DNA of 55,059 nucleotides, the filler included, from Dirinaria sp. TL-2023a (taxonomy: Eukaryota), in the NCBI GenBank assembly GCA_051941275.1. It is 3 parts of 3 records of this genome, joined end to end, with 100 filler letters (N's around TTAATTAATTAA, not from the genome) between each part and the next. Parts side by side here need not be neighbours in the genome. Positions count along the whole stretch, not along the records: positions 1 to 18,348 come from JAVEBF010000388.1; positions 18,449 to 36,715 come from JAVEBF010000390.1; 1 more part is not named here. The stretch is one strand, 5' to 3'. The notes beneath the pieces are model-generated. The model was given only the letters and a program-made list of their open reading frames with translations. It did not search any database and had not been told where the DNA came from. This document shows, piece by piece, positions 11,556 through 24,475 of this stretch. Each line of letters starts with the position of its first letter. Within the stretch, counting starts at the first letter, position 1. Position numbers and translations under genes: made by a program.

Positions 11556-13016
11556 ATGGGCGACGTAGAATTAGGCAATGTACAAGACACTGATACAAGC
11601 GTCTACGTCGATTATTTGAAGTCCATCGAAGACCGATGGCCTGAGTATGCGGATTTCAGAAATTATCCAGAGAACAACGACTCCGAGTCGCATCGCTCCT
11701 TGACCGGTCTTGTTCAGATACACGACATCTTGTCTGACAGTAGTATATGCTCTTCGGAGAGAATTAGCCTGAACGAGGACACTTCCAGCGCTCATCTGCT
11801 GAGTGATACTCTTCGAAAGTATCCAGCAGGACTCAGATCCCGAATAGTCCTTCTAAAATTCGATAGAGAGGGAAGAATAGATCAGCGAGTCTTGAATATG
11901 CTTCGGTTGGCCTTCAATCTCGAGCCCCTATTCTTCTGGTCCTTATTCAGACTCGAACCCCCACTGCCTCGGCGTCCAAATATATTGAGAACGGAGTACA
12001 TTAGTCTAAAACTAATAAAAAATTTCCTAACCTCACATGGGAACATATCTGTTTGTGAGCGCCTCTAATGATGAGCCGATAAGATTTAATTGTCGTTCTC
12101 TTAGTTATTATCGGTTTGAACGAATCAAACATCCCAATACCTCTTGTTTTCAATCAGTATGCGTTCCAGGATCTCCTTCTCGCTCTGCGCGATTTACCCA
12201 CCGTAGGAGAAGAGGCTCATTTCGGGGATGCCCCCGGAGATCTACTCACAATCTTAGAGCGTCTATTCTTGGCTCAGCAGACCACTTCGTCTGAAGAAGA
12301 TATGTTCCAATGCTTGCACACCATGGCAAAATTTCACACTGCAACAACCTGGCAATCGGTTAATCAACATAGCTGCTTGATTCTAGATGAAGTGGATGAA
12401 ATGGACGTGGAAGCTTGGCTTCATCTTCGCCGGACTCTTGACTGCTTCCGAGACGACAGCAAAGCCTTTCTACGCTACGCGAGAAGAGGGTTTGAAAAGC
12501 CCATATTTCAAGAACGACTGGACCAGATCCAAGAGATGCAAGAGGATTTTCATGCCGAGGCGCAAGCTCTGGAAGCTCGAACGCGAGATCACTTACAAGT
12601 TAACGCCAGTATCAAATCACTAGAAGAATCTCGTAGGTCAATTGAAGAGGGAAGAAGTGTTAAGTTGAGTAAGACGACACTACGATATTCAGCGATGAGC
12701 CATAACTGACTGGGTACTCACAGTCACTATCCTAGCCTTTTTCTTCATTCCTACTAGTCTTGCTTCTTCGCTATTCGGAATGAACATCCAGGAAATCAAC
12801 AAAAGCGGAAAACACATCTCGACATTCATTGTGACGGCTGTGCTAATGACCAGCGCTGCCTTTATCGTTTGGGGCTTGTCTGTTCTTATACGAAGGGCCC
12901 AGAAACCGACCGGATCCTTACATCTTATCGTGACGAACATTACAGATCCCGCATTTGTTTTTCCGTATACATTTAATGTCCTTTTACGAAGGCTTCGGAG
13001 GTACCTGAGAAATTAA
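11556..13016 (+). CDS. CorA-like (GMN-motif) two-TM membrane protein with a long uncharacterised soluble N-terminus (3 exons)
   Basis: Joining ORFs 11460..12068, 12116..12709 and 12780..13016 over two GT-AG introns gives ...ESRRSIEEGRSVKLITILAFFFIPTSLASSLFGMNIQEIN followed by a second TM helix, the CorA/Mrs2/Alr1-type TM signature. Confidence 0.85.
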
Positions 13017-14396
13017 AGTGTTTCCGCATGGAATGAAAAACGTCAAATTTGGTGTTGATACTATTTTCCGTACGCTGAGACTCTGCGCTCTCGATCATCA
13101 TTGCCGGTGATCTTCATGATAATATGGAGGTGTATAGAATGAATTTATGGCTCATAAACATTAGTATAGACGGGATAAGGTAGCCTAAATATATAGAGGC
13201 ATTGATGGTATCTCAAGATGGGAAGGAAACAATGCCACCTCTCACAAAGATATGGATACGTAAGATAGAGACCTACGGTAGCTCAAAGCTTGTAGATAGT
13301 GAAGCAGGGCCAGGAGTTGTTGATAAAGCCTGGTTGGTTACGCAATTTCATCGAAAAGCAATACCCTTTCCATTCAATACCGTCTCTCAAACTCAGCGGC
13401 CCAGTTGCATGACCCTCATATTTCCATTATTCACAAATATTAAGAAACTCAATCGATGACAATTCTCGTCGCACTCCAACATCCGATCACGCATCATCAT
13501 TTCTGCTTAAGAGATCAATTACGAGGGTTCTGCTGCGTAACATCATGTCTTTTGTCTCAACAGCTTTATCTCGTAAGCCTAACTCTATGTCCCTTTCGCT
13601 ACTGGCATATCGAACCGATTAAACGAGCGCTACACTTGATATTGCAGTCAGAATATACTTGCCTAAGAGTATATACTTTCGAGAAAATTGGCTGTTTGGT
13701 CACTGACGATTGTTCGAGGAACGACTCCATTTAGGGTGGCAGTAAGCGGTTAGTCAGTAACATTCTTCTCTATAGGCCAACTGGCGCTTTCTTTGAAAGA
13801 TGAGTCGACGCATCGATACCTAGAATTGGTCTTCAGCTCTGTTTCGCGACAGATACATTGGCGTTGGCTAGCGCGATCCATGCCAAGAGCACAGTTATGT
13901 ACCTACAGAGGCCCGCCTGGGCCATCTAGGGAATCACCCTGGATATCCACCTAGAGGACCAAAGCTGATGCCCATAGCTCACCTAGCTCCCCCGAAACCG
14001 AATTTCACAATCACCGTCAGCTCCATCTTGGCGCAGTTCGCCCGAGCCAGCTTACAAATGTTAGAGTCTTATCGCGACCTTCCCAAGCCCAACGCATCGG
14101 TACCTGACAGCAATGCGGATTACCAACTGGGTATCCTGCAATAGTCTGCGGTACGTATGGAATCGCCTGGACCCCGGACAGACGATCAAGCCAAGCGAGC
14201 CATGATTTCATTACTCCGGACATAGGGCTCTGGTAAGTGCGAGAGCGCCGTCAAGCAGGCAGTCATGCAATGACGTGGGCAATTAATGTCTGCGAGATTG
14301 TAAATATGTCTGGCTTTCTCAGCAGATCGCTCACATCATCTTTGATTTTCGTGAACCTTCAGTACTAGCAGCTATATTCACCCCTCTATTGACGCA

Positions 14397-15517
14397 ATGG
14401 CAGGGTTATTCAAATTTCTCCACAACCAGCTCTGGGTCACTCCATCCCTTCCCCAGGCAGATCACACGGGACAGACAGTCATCGTAACAGGAGCCAATGT
14501 CGGTCTCGGCCTTGAAGCGGCGCGCCACTTCGCTCGATTCAATGCGCGCAAGGTCATCGTCGCTGTAAGAAATCTTGAGAAGGGGGAAAAGGCCAGGCAA
14601 TCTATTGAAGAAAGTACAAAGCGCTTCGGGGTGGTCGAGGTATGGCAAGTGGACCTGTCGAGCTATGAGTCGGTCAAGCAATTTGCGGCGAAAGCTCAAG
14701 GCCTCGAGAGACTTGATGCTGTGGTGGAGAATGCTGGGATCGCAACAAGAATATATCGCGTGGAGGAGGATAACGAGGCTACAATAAGTACTATACCTCT
14801 CAATTGTCACGACATCAGGCAGTCATTGACGGATGACAGCAACCAACGTCGTCAGTACTTTTCTTATGGCTTTATTGCTGCTGCCAAAATTGCGCGAAAC
14901 GGCTTCGAGATTCAACGTCACACCACATCTGTCCGTCGTCAGCTCCGAGGTGCACGGGTACATAAACTTCGCAGAAAAGGCCAGCCCAAATATATTCAAG
15001 ACGCTGAACGATAAAGAGACGGCAAATATGACAGAAAGGTAGTATACACGTGTGCGCGATGCACGGTGTCGCTGAAGATGCACAGGTATCCAATGTCCAA
15101 GCTTCTTGAGGTTTTCTACTGTCGAGAACTTGCCGCTCGCCACAGCAAAAGCAACACTCCGCACGTCATCATCAACTATCTCACTCCGGGTCTTTGCCAC
15201 TCCGAGTTGACTCGCGAGTCTGCCCTTGGGATAACGCTCCTTAAATTCTTCTTTGCACGGACTACAGAAGTCGGAAGCCGGACGCTTGTGCACGCAGCCA
15301 GCGCTGGGCCAAACTCTCACGGCCAGTATTTGCGCAATTGCGAGATATCCGAGTAAGTTCTTATGAAAACTATGTGCTACGGTCATCACTGATCTCCGTC
15401 AAAAGGCCTGCGCCCGTGGTCCTTGGTGAAGAAGGCGAGAAAGCACAAGCGAGGGTTTGGGAAGAGCTGTCTCAGAAACTTGAAAAGATTCAGCCTGGCA
15501 TCGTGAGCAATGTCTAA
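14397..15517 (+). CDS. Short-chain dehydrogenase/reductase (retinol-dehydrogenase-like SDR, 4 exons)
   Basis: TGANVGLG Rossmann motif, ENAG, catalytic YPMSK (YxxxK), PGLCHSEL, ARTTEVGSRTLV; three GT-AG introns restore the frame. Confidence 0.95.
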
Positions 15518-15819
15518 CCGTACTCGAATCCCCTCCCCTTGTCCCACTTCTAACAAAATCGATATACGTATAACTCTTGTTGGAATATATGCAAAACAAA
15601 TTTTCCTGCTTCGGTCCAACCTTTTGCATGGATTTGCATCATACTTGAGGTCTCATAAGTCTCAGCTCTCTCATCAAATCATTGGAACTCCCAAGGCTGC
15701 AGGTAAAGGATGCGCAGGTATAAGTTTAATGACCCGGGTATTTGAAGTAACCCCCTGAAACGAACTAACTGTTTCGCACCAACATACGAAACTCACAAGC
15801 ACATAGAAGCAAACGCTGT

Positions 15820-17163
15820 TCAAGATTGTGGACTCAAGACGCTCTCAACATCAAAATGCCTCTCAATCCAAATCTCCCCTTTCTCGTCTCCATTCGCGCT
15901 CTCAGACCCTACAGACTTGCTTCTTGGGCTCTTCTGCTGTTCATATTCCTCTTTACTGCCAGACGAAAACCAGGTCCAACTCCTCGAGCCATGGCTGAAA
16001 GAAGATAGACTTAGCCATGCGACTTTAGAGCCCATTGTAGTCGTTATGCTCGTAATCTTACTCCTACAGGGAGGGGATAAAGATATCCAACATCTGCTGG
16101 CAACGGGTCGTGCCATTGGCAGGCACGCAGTAATGATTCCCAGCAGCGCTTCCAAAGTGGTCAACACACCCAGATCACAATCTGCGCGGTTTGCGCGGCT
16201 TGGGATTGTGATAATGGAGGCAACATAGACCCGATAGCTTGTGACGGCACAAATCCTGTGATTGCAACGAGTTGATTAGAACAAGATTCTCTTCCAACGG
16301 AGCTCGATTAGGAAAGGAGCGAAAACCATACACAATACCAAGTCCGAATATACAGGCCACACCGAGTTTCTTCAGAGGTGCCATCTGTAAGCCCCACAAC
16401 ATCGGCATGGGAATGAAGACGACGATGATATCTTGCAGCAGGTTTAACCCGGCGGTGTACATTGTCAATGCTTGTTCATCACCGCATGAGGCACCTTTGA
16501 TAGCCAGATCCCAGCGATACGATAAAGGTTGGCAGATGAGACACTCGGCAAGGACGGTTGCCAACAGGAACGCAACATTAAAGGCTATGGCGCCAGAACA
16601 GATAAGGCGAAAGTTGCGGGAGGGGAATATGTGGATATAGAGAAGTATAACTGCCACCCGAATCGTGGTGACCGCGAGTACCCAAACAATCGGGCTCACG
16701 AATTGAAACTGGAGTCGTCTTGATTAATTTATCTTAAGCAGCTAGCTAATGAAGGACACACCTTGAAGCTTAAAGTCTTCGACGGGAGCGATCCGTGGTC
16801 GCCATACTTCCATGCGGTGGGAAGGCAGCACGCTACCGGTGACGACATAAGCCAATTGCAAAAGTAAAACACAATGCCAGAAGACCACGTACCGTAGAGA
16901 GTGATGCCAGCATCGGCCAAAGCGAAGATCTATTTGCGTTCAGTATCTGCCAAAGTCGATTCCCTAGGGTTTCAACCTACCAGACCTAGGATCGTAACAT
17001 AATCGCTATGAGTCAATGCGAGATGCTGTAGCCTGCGAGACCACAACCTTAGTGCAAGTGCAGCGCATGCGATGAAGGCGAAGATGATGATCAGCACAGA
17101 GTGGAGAATCGAGTAGCCAGTGGTAACCGTTGATTGCTCTGCCACATGTGCGGTATGAAACAT
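15820..17163 (-). CDS. Pth11-like / fungal rhodopsin-domain integral membrane protein (no CFEM domain visible; multi-exon)
   Basis: LALRLWSRR...SDY, ILLYIHIF, CQPLSYRWD...C, DIIVVFIPMPMLWGLQM..KKLGV..IFGLG, LEALLGIITACLPMARP: the 7-TM pattern of this family. Confidence 0.9.
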
Positions 17164-18348
17164 TTTCCTACAGAGGCTGACCCGCTTTCACTCCAAAAAC
17201 AACAGTTTGGAGAGTGTGGGAGTTCACACGACGGATGTGAGGCTCTTATAAGCCCGTCCAAAGCTCATGGCAGGGTCGATTCACTGTCACGGAAACCCTG
17301 GATGCCTCGACGCCTGGGTATTCCGGGCATCCTCGCGCAGCCGTAACCACTTTAGATGAGCATTTGTGGCTCGGTTTTCTTCGCAGAAACCATACGGGTT
17401 GCTGCTAATAGGGCCATACTGGGCTACCCAAAAATCAATAGATGCCATTAATGTCACCAAAGTAATGGTCCGCGAACGCGTTTCAACATTTTCGTTATGC
17501 ATAACAGGGTGAGTGCTAATGCAGACGGCGAAGAATTGAGAAGGCACAGTGCAACCCCCTCGAATCATATCTCTTCAACTTCACCGCATACTGTAAGTTG
17601 GACAAAGGTGGGTGGTTAGCGAAGGAAAATCAGCATTAAGGTGCTGTGCCACACTTGTTCTGCATCTCTTGCATATCACATGAGCTACAGTATGTAGAGT
17701 ATCTGCAGGTCGACATGCGCCCTGGGGCTGTAAAGAACACCGTCTCAAATGCATGTCACAGCATAGCGGCCGCCAATCCTGCGCCTCGGCATGTCTCCCC
17801 TCGAATGGAAGGCCACTTGAGACAGGTGCACCTGGTGTGAAGAACCCTAAGGTGCCTTCTGAACGAGAATCCAGCCGCCAGCTGCATGAGCCATGAAAAT
17901 GAAGATGAAAGCGAAAGGCAGGAGAGAAGAGGTAAGAGGAAATGGCTAGGTTGAGGAAGACAGGAGTGATTGCTCGAGATTAATATAGGTGTAGGATGGC
18001 ACGTGACCTCGCTTTTTACAGGTCGATAGGTCACAGTAATCCTCTGGCAACGTACACATATCGCACCAACCTGAAATTTCATCGATGGTCTTTTCATCCA
18101 TGTAGGTAAAATAATTCAGTCAGTACTTTGTCCCTGGCTCTGCACAACCTTTACCCCGCCTGGACGGACGTCCCGTGCCAGGCGACCACCCTAAATTTAC
18201 TGTCACCGCTCAACCCCCAGCAGGAGCAGACTGAGGTAGGATTTAATCTTCTTGAAAAGAAACGAAGGCAGAAATCTGCTCTCCGCTCAATTAGAAGCTC
18301 TCTCTCGGAATGATCACTTTGAGCGAGTCGACTGAGTGAGCAGAGATG

Positions 18349-18448
18349 NNNNNNNNNNNNNNNNNNNNNNNNNNNNNNNNNNNNNNNNNNNNTTAATTAA
18401 TTAANNNNNNNNNNNNNNNNNNNNNNNNNNNNNNNNNNNNNNNNNNNN
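18349..18448. other. Artificial assembly spacer N44-TTAATTAATTAA-N44
   Basis: Exactly 100 nt; the central 12-mer (18393-18404) places stop codons in all six frames; same layout as the second gap. Confidence 0.97.
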
Positions 18449-18732
18449 GTCTAGCACGGAAAAAAAAAGGAGCACAGTCTCCCTCCGTCATACATATTTT
18501 ATTCTAATCGCTAGCTTTGGTTTGGTTTTCCTTGATTACTTTAGAGAAATCTCACTCGCTGAATATCGCGGCTTTTTCCCGGAAGTGATCAAATATCCCT
18601 TGCTTCGAATACACCTTTTTCTTTCTGCTGCGGCGGAGAGAGGAAAGGAACGGGATCGAAATATGGTTAAGGTACATTATGCGGTGATGACTCAATCTAT
18701 CTCCACTGAGAGAAAAATAATAAATACATGTA

Positions 18733-20912
18733 TCAACCACCACCAGCGCCAGCAGCATCCCTGCCCGCCTCCGCCCTCTCCCTCATCACACCCGCCAGCC
18801 TGCCCCCCGTCTCCCCGATAATCGTAACCACCAGACTCCAATTACTACTCAAAAACCTCTCTTTCTTCCCCGCCGGCATGTTCCTCGCCACTTTCCCCAA
18901 AAACGCCTCGGCCTCGCTCATCAACCGTGCGAGACTGCTGCCCACGGGCTCACTCTCCTCCGAGGCCGCGTCGGGCGAGAGCTGGAGGATGGCGGCGAGG
19001 AAGAGGGCGAAGCGTTGGGTCAGGGGATGCGGGGCGGTGGACTGTGCGGAGGAGGAGGAGGTGAGCGAGATGGCGCGGGAGGAAAGGGAGGAGGAGGTGG
19101 TGGCGCGCTTGAGGGACTCGATGTGGTTGTCCATTGCGAGCTGGAAGCGGGGCCAGAGGAGCATGTTCGTCCCGTTGATGTAGCTCTCCGCCACGGGCAC
19201 CTTTTGGCGCTGGAGTTCGAAGGCGAAAGACTGGTTCAGCCGGACGCAGAGCAGCAGGCCCAGACAGTCGTAGGTTGTTTCTGTGAGGGAGCGTGTGTAC
19301 GATGTGCCGAGGGAGAAGGTGGGGGCGAAGATCGAGGAGAAGGAAGACGAGATCCGCTGGTAGCTGTGGGAGGGAGAGAAGAAGGATGTTAGGAAGGTGT
19401 ACTCGGTGCTGGCGTTGGAGATCAGAGCAAGGTTGAAATTGTAGAACGGGATTTCGAGGTAGCTGGTTGCTTTGGTATCGCTGGCGAGATATGCTGTGAT
19501 CGCAGATGGATCAGGCCGCTTGAGCACGTCAATCCGGCGACCTAGCGATAGCGTGTCGTGAGCTGGTTGGGAAGATTTTGAGGCGCTTGACGGATCCGTT
19601 GCTAGGCCTTCAGATTTTTCAATGGTAAAAAGGGGCATCTTGGCGAGGCTGTCTCGGTACGAGGTGAAATGGCTAAGATAATACCAGCGCATGGTGTAAA
19701 TGTAAGCTTGCGCGATTTCGTCGGCCAGCTGGCCATGGTGGCGAGCGAGGAAGGTATAGAGACCCTTGAACTTCAGAAAGCTCTGTTGTTGAATGATTTG
19801 AGCATTTATATTAGGTGAGCGAAGGCTTTTGATTTGGGCTACAAGGTAGTCTCGTATTCGCTCTATTGCCTGGAGTAGCTCGTCAATAGAATGTTTCAAC
19901 CTAGTAGACGTGAGTATCATACTTTATTCGTCAAGTCTTCTAATAGCGGCTTGATGTCCGTCACGGCAAGAACCTGATCAGGTCCTTTCAGTTTCTCATC
20001 AATGATTCTTGACCGCTTCTCTAAGTCTTCAAGGGCCTTGATCCAAATTTGATCGATCGGTTCATCAGTGATAGTCCTAACGACAGCTGGCGAAATCGAA
20101 ATCTCCTCTACTGCTGGACCCAAAAGTTTTTCAACTACTTTGCGGTTTTCAAGCCTTCTGTTCAAAGCAGTCGAGCGTGATTGAAGAGTCTCGATCTCTG
20201 CAGAGACGGCACCCAGGTCCCGCTGAAAGCTCGCTAAAGAAAGTTCGACTGATTTTAGAACATCGTCACAAGCCTGAAATTTCATGAGCATGTTTGGCGA
20301 TGGGACATATGTGGACGGCTGCAGCCTACTAGGATTGACCTATGCAGATCCTCAAATCTAGCCTTTTCTCCCTCATCTGTACTCTTTATCAGGTTTGCCT
20401 TGGGTATTCGGGTACAGGCATACATACTCACATTCCTCTACCGTTTGAGCCGCTTTCTGGACCTCGGCACCTCTTTCCCCAGCTTCGTAGACGCCGTTGC
20501 GAGCGAAATCCTGAAGGCTGAGTCCACCAAAGTCCACTTCCTTGACTAACTGGGAAGGTCTCTCCAGCACCTCATCGGCATTCAGTTCACCATTTTGCGT
20601 CTTTTCCTCCGATAGTGACTTGCCGATGACCGCCTCTAACACCTTCAGAGGATCTGCAAAATCGGGAGGAGGTGAGACCTGCCCTCTCAGTATGGAGCCA
20701 TTGGGCACTCTCTGGGAGCTTAACGACGTTGTAGAGAGGTTGGACTTGGAACTGACGTTTAGCGATGATGTACGTGGGCCGTAAGGTGGCCGGACTGGTC
20801 TTCCTGGTCCAAGCCCGCTAGGACGCTGGGGAGCCGGTGAGTATGACCGATTTTGAGGTGGAGGAGGTGATTGTGAGGGTGTCGAATGTCCGGAGAAGCG
20901 ATCAAGCCACAT
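18733..20912 (-). CDS. VPS52: GARP complex subunit Vps52/Sac2 (multi-exon)
   Basis: MWLDRFSGHSTPS N-terminus; ACDDVLKSVE..L.SFQ.DLGAVSAEIETLQSRS; LRSPNINAQIIQQ; AYIYTMRWYY; LLWPRFQ; PHPLTQRF. Confidence 0.93.
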
Positions 20913-21096
20913 CGTGCAAGGTGGGGCAATGTTTCCACTCCCATCTATCCTTGAGCCTTTAAGAGTTTCAGTAGCATTGAACCAACATTGATGAAAACGA
21001 AGGGCTTAGGGTCTTGTAGCGGCCTTAGCGCGCTAAGCGCCGAACCCTTTACAGGTAGGGCTGGGAAAGCGCTGTCGTCTCTCGCTTTCCCTATCA

Positions 21097-22951
21097 ATGC
21101 CCACAGTGCAATTGGACGGGCTATGGCATTGTTTATGCCCCTTAATCACAAGGGGAACATCGGTTCCACGCATCCGGAATCTAGTGATATCCACAGCAAG
21201 AGGCCAAGCTCCGACTCACCGCCGCTGCTATTCGCATTGCCTTCAACGAGGACCCCAATACCAGTATGGAACGCTTAACCTGGCCATAGGCTATCGCTCT
21301 TTTCAATCGACTCAGAAAAGCAGAAGTTGGAAACCGTGCATCGACCCAGATCTGAGCGCGCGGGATGCTTATGAAGAGCTTCGATCTGCAGCCAGGGCAG
21401 CAGATTATCAGACAGTGCAGGGACTGGTGAAGCTTCTAGTCAATGATCACCACGAGAAACCAAATCCGCGATTGTACCATGCTTTAATCCTGGCGAATGC
21501 GGACTCGCAACATGGGAATCCGCAGGCTGTGGACCGCCTGTTGCGGGAGATGGAGGAGCAGGATATCACTCCTGACTCAGCGACATACCACGCAGCATTA
21601 AAGGTAAATTACCTTTGAAGCATGTTGGACGGGGTACTGATTGTTGATGGGTTAGGTACTGGCAATACATCCCGATTACGTACTCCGCCAGCAAATCCTC
21701 GAAGGGCTTAACCAGCGATGGTTCTCTTTGACAACCGAGGGCTGGCACGATTTTCTACTGGGACTGATCAGAGATCGCCAATTAGAAGTTGCAATGAACC
21801 AGCTCGAAACCATTCGCAACCAAGGCGTTCCAATCCGATCATGGCTTTCCGATATACTTGTATATGCCTTCTGCGAAATTGGCGAGCTGGACGAAGCTCT
21901 GAAGCTCATAAAATACCGAATGTCCTCCAGCGAGACATGGATATCCCCCAACTTATGGGCACACTTCTTAGACACCTGCAGCCGCTCTCTGCACTACAGA
22001 GGCACCCAGCTTGCCTGGCGCACTCGAGTCGAAACAGGCTACTTCAATCCCTCCTCGGGCATGTGCATAAACATTCTCAACACCGCTGCCCGCCATGGCG
22101 ATGCTGGCCTAGCATCTGACGTTTTCCGTGTCCTCGAAAAACGGAACCACACTTTCGAGCTTCACCACTACGAAGCCCTCCTCGAGTCCTGGCTTGCCTC
22201 GCGCGATCTCAAGTCCGCTTTCCTGGTACTCTGTGAAATGGCCCTCGCGGGAACGCCGCCATCCAAAGCTTCTACCAGAGCCATCTTTCTCCACTTGGCA
22301 GAGAAGCACGAGCGCCCTGCGGAAGCACTCGACATCCTACGCTCGTTGGTGGATTCTGGCCACCAAGTCCCTCACGCAGCAATCAATTGCATCATCGATG
22401 TTTACGTCTACCATTCGGACCTCGCGTCCGCGATTGAGGTTTATCACGTGCTTCACACCATCGTTCCGTCTGGGCCGAATACGTCCACCTTCAACGCGCT
22501 GTTCCGCGGCTGCTCGTACGCCAGCAGGAAAGATTTGGCCATGTTCCTCGCTTCGGAGATGCTGGCTCTGAAAGTGCCCCCCAACGCATTAACTTACGAC
22601 CGCTTGGTCGCGACCTGTCTGAACGCGGACCCTGTAGGTTACGAAGGGTTCGACGACGCGTGGAAGTATTTCGAGGAGATGAAGAGTATGGGCTGGTGGC
22701 CGAGGGTGGGGACTTTGAGGACCTTGGCCATCCGAGGATGTCTTCTGGCGGATGAACGAGTAGTGCAAGCGGTGGTAGATGAAGAGAGAGGGCTGACTCA
22801 GAAGAGGATGACTTATTACATGCTCATGTATTGGCGCAAGGTGAGTCCGAATGTTGAAAGTGGCGATGCAAAAGGTGATACTGCTATACATGGAACCGAC
22901 GGCCTGCATCGAACAGAAGGCGGACGAGAGAGCGAGGCATACCGCGACTAG
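21097..22951 (+). CDS. Pentatricopeptide-repeat (PPR) protein, probably mitochondrial (intron 21604-21655)
   Basis: PPR-like helical repeats (PNPRLYHALI, PDSATYHAAL, PNTSTFNALFRGC, PNALTYDRLVATC); Arg/Ser-rich N-terminus resembling a presequence. Confidence 0.88.
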
Positions 22952-23124
22952 TCGACGTTTGCGAGCTGAGATATGTTTCTTTTCCCCCTTTGTACATATA
23001 TCCAGCCGCTACGCTATGCAGCAACTTGGTTAATATGTGATGGATGCGTAATGTACATAAGTATCTACCACAATGCATCGCCTATAACGTATCTTTTGGA
23101 CCAGCAATCCCCCCATCCCACCAT

Positions 23125-24475
23125 CTACCGTCTCCTCAAATACCAGTTAAAAGCCAACGTATTCGTTTCAATCCCATACGGCGTAGGAACTTCGGCCCAC
23201 CCAGGCCTGGCAACCGGATGCCGCAAGTACACCGCACTGCAGATCCGATGATGCACCTCCAAATACCTCGGCACGAAGGCAAACGCCGACATATACTCCC
23301 TCGGCCGCCAGGGGGTCGCATACGGCTTCGAAGGATCCACGGGATTCGCCCTCAAATTCGCGATCGCCTGTTTCAGGAGCGACTTTTCGGCATCCGAGAT
23401 CGCGAGTTCCTTGGCGTCGACGGGTCCGGAGGGGGAGTCGTGGGCGTCGGGCTCGATACCGGCTCCAGCGGGGGCTGAGATGTTCAGTTCCTGGGCCACG
23501 TTCTGGAATTGCCGTTCGACGTCGTCGGTTACGGCGTTTATGCGAGAGAGCGTGCGTTTGATCGTTTGCTGGAAAGCGCGGATGTCGCGTTTTCGACTCG
23601 CGGTCAGGTCTGCTGAGGGGGTTAAGACGGCGGATTTCGCTTGCTTGAGAAGATTTGTGAGCATTTTTCGTGAATTGTCGAGAGAAGGGGATGGGGCTGG
23701 TTCCTGGGCTTTTTCTTCGGGCGGGGAATCTGCTTCTGCACTGGTTTCTGATGCATTCTCCTCGCTGGAAGAGATGCTTTTGCGGAACCTACGGGTGGCA
23801 CGGCGTTCGAACGCATCTTTGGTCGCGCCAGTGGCGTAGAGCACACGCTCGGGCTCGACTTGGAACATGTCGCCCGGGTTGAGTTGGTAGCCTGGGTACT
23901 GCATCTATCGGCCTTGGTTAGAGAGCTATCTTCATGTTCGTGTGGGGTACGAACTTTCTTCCCGTTGACCATCACCCATCCATGAACGCAGAATTGTCTA
24001 GCCTGTCTCGTGCTGCTCGCAAAGAGCGCTCGGAAGATGGCAGTATCCAGTCTCCGCTCGAGGGGTGCGTAGACCATGTTCATATGCGGCGTTTTTGGTG
24101 GCTTTGATGGCTTCCCTTCGATAATGATATCCTTGCCCGAGCCTCTACCAGCAGCCTCAATTGATCCGTCTGTGAGCGCGAGGTATGTAGGATCAATAGG
24201 TACAACGGAGTTGATCTTTCGACGGAATAATCTCTGCCATTTCTTCTCCCTTACAGTCTCGCCATGATAGGCTCTTGATACTGATTTGGCGGTCCATTTC
24301 GCCTGGAAGTGCGTCCGACGATCTGTTTGAGGGGCAGTTGCACGCGAGAGGTTGTAGAGATTGTATTTGTTCCATGATTGACGAAGTTTCTGACCTTCAT
24401 AAGCTCGTGTGTGGATGAGGTCTTGTGGGAAGCATGATTTACCAGACGTTTGAGACCATGAAAACGTTTCCGCAT
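23125..24475 (-). CDS. NAM9: Mitochondrial small-subunit ribosomal protein uS4m (Nam9), 3 exons
   Basis: [26 protein letters not shown]4 domain [46 protein letters not shown]-terminal PRYLEV...[16 protein letters not shown]. Confidence 0.95.

Noticed and set aside
13150..13740. Protein-like fragments on both strands between the CorA-like gene and the SDR
   Set aside because: Interrupted by stops, no motif and no consistent splice model.
1..18348. Starship-like giant mobile element carrying the accessory genes
   Set aside because: No DUF3435 tyrosine recombinase captain or element boundary is visible in the window.
18393..18404. TTAATTAATTAA as a biological repeat or PacI-type site
   Set aside because: Centred in exactly 44+44 Ns at both gaps; it is an assembly linker.
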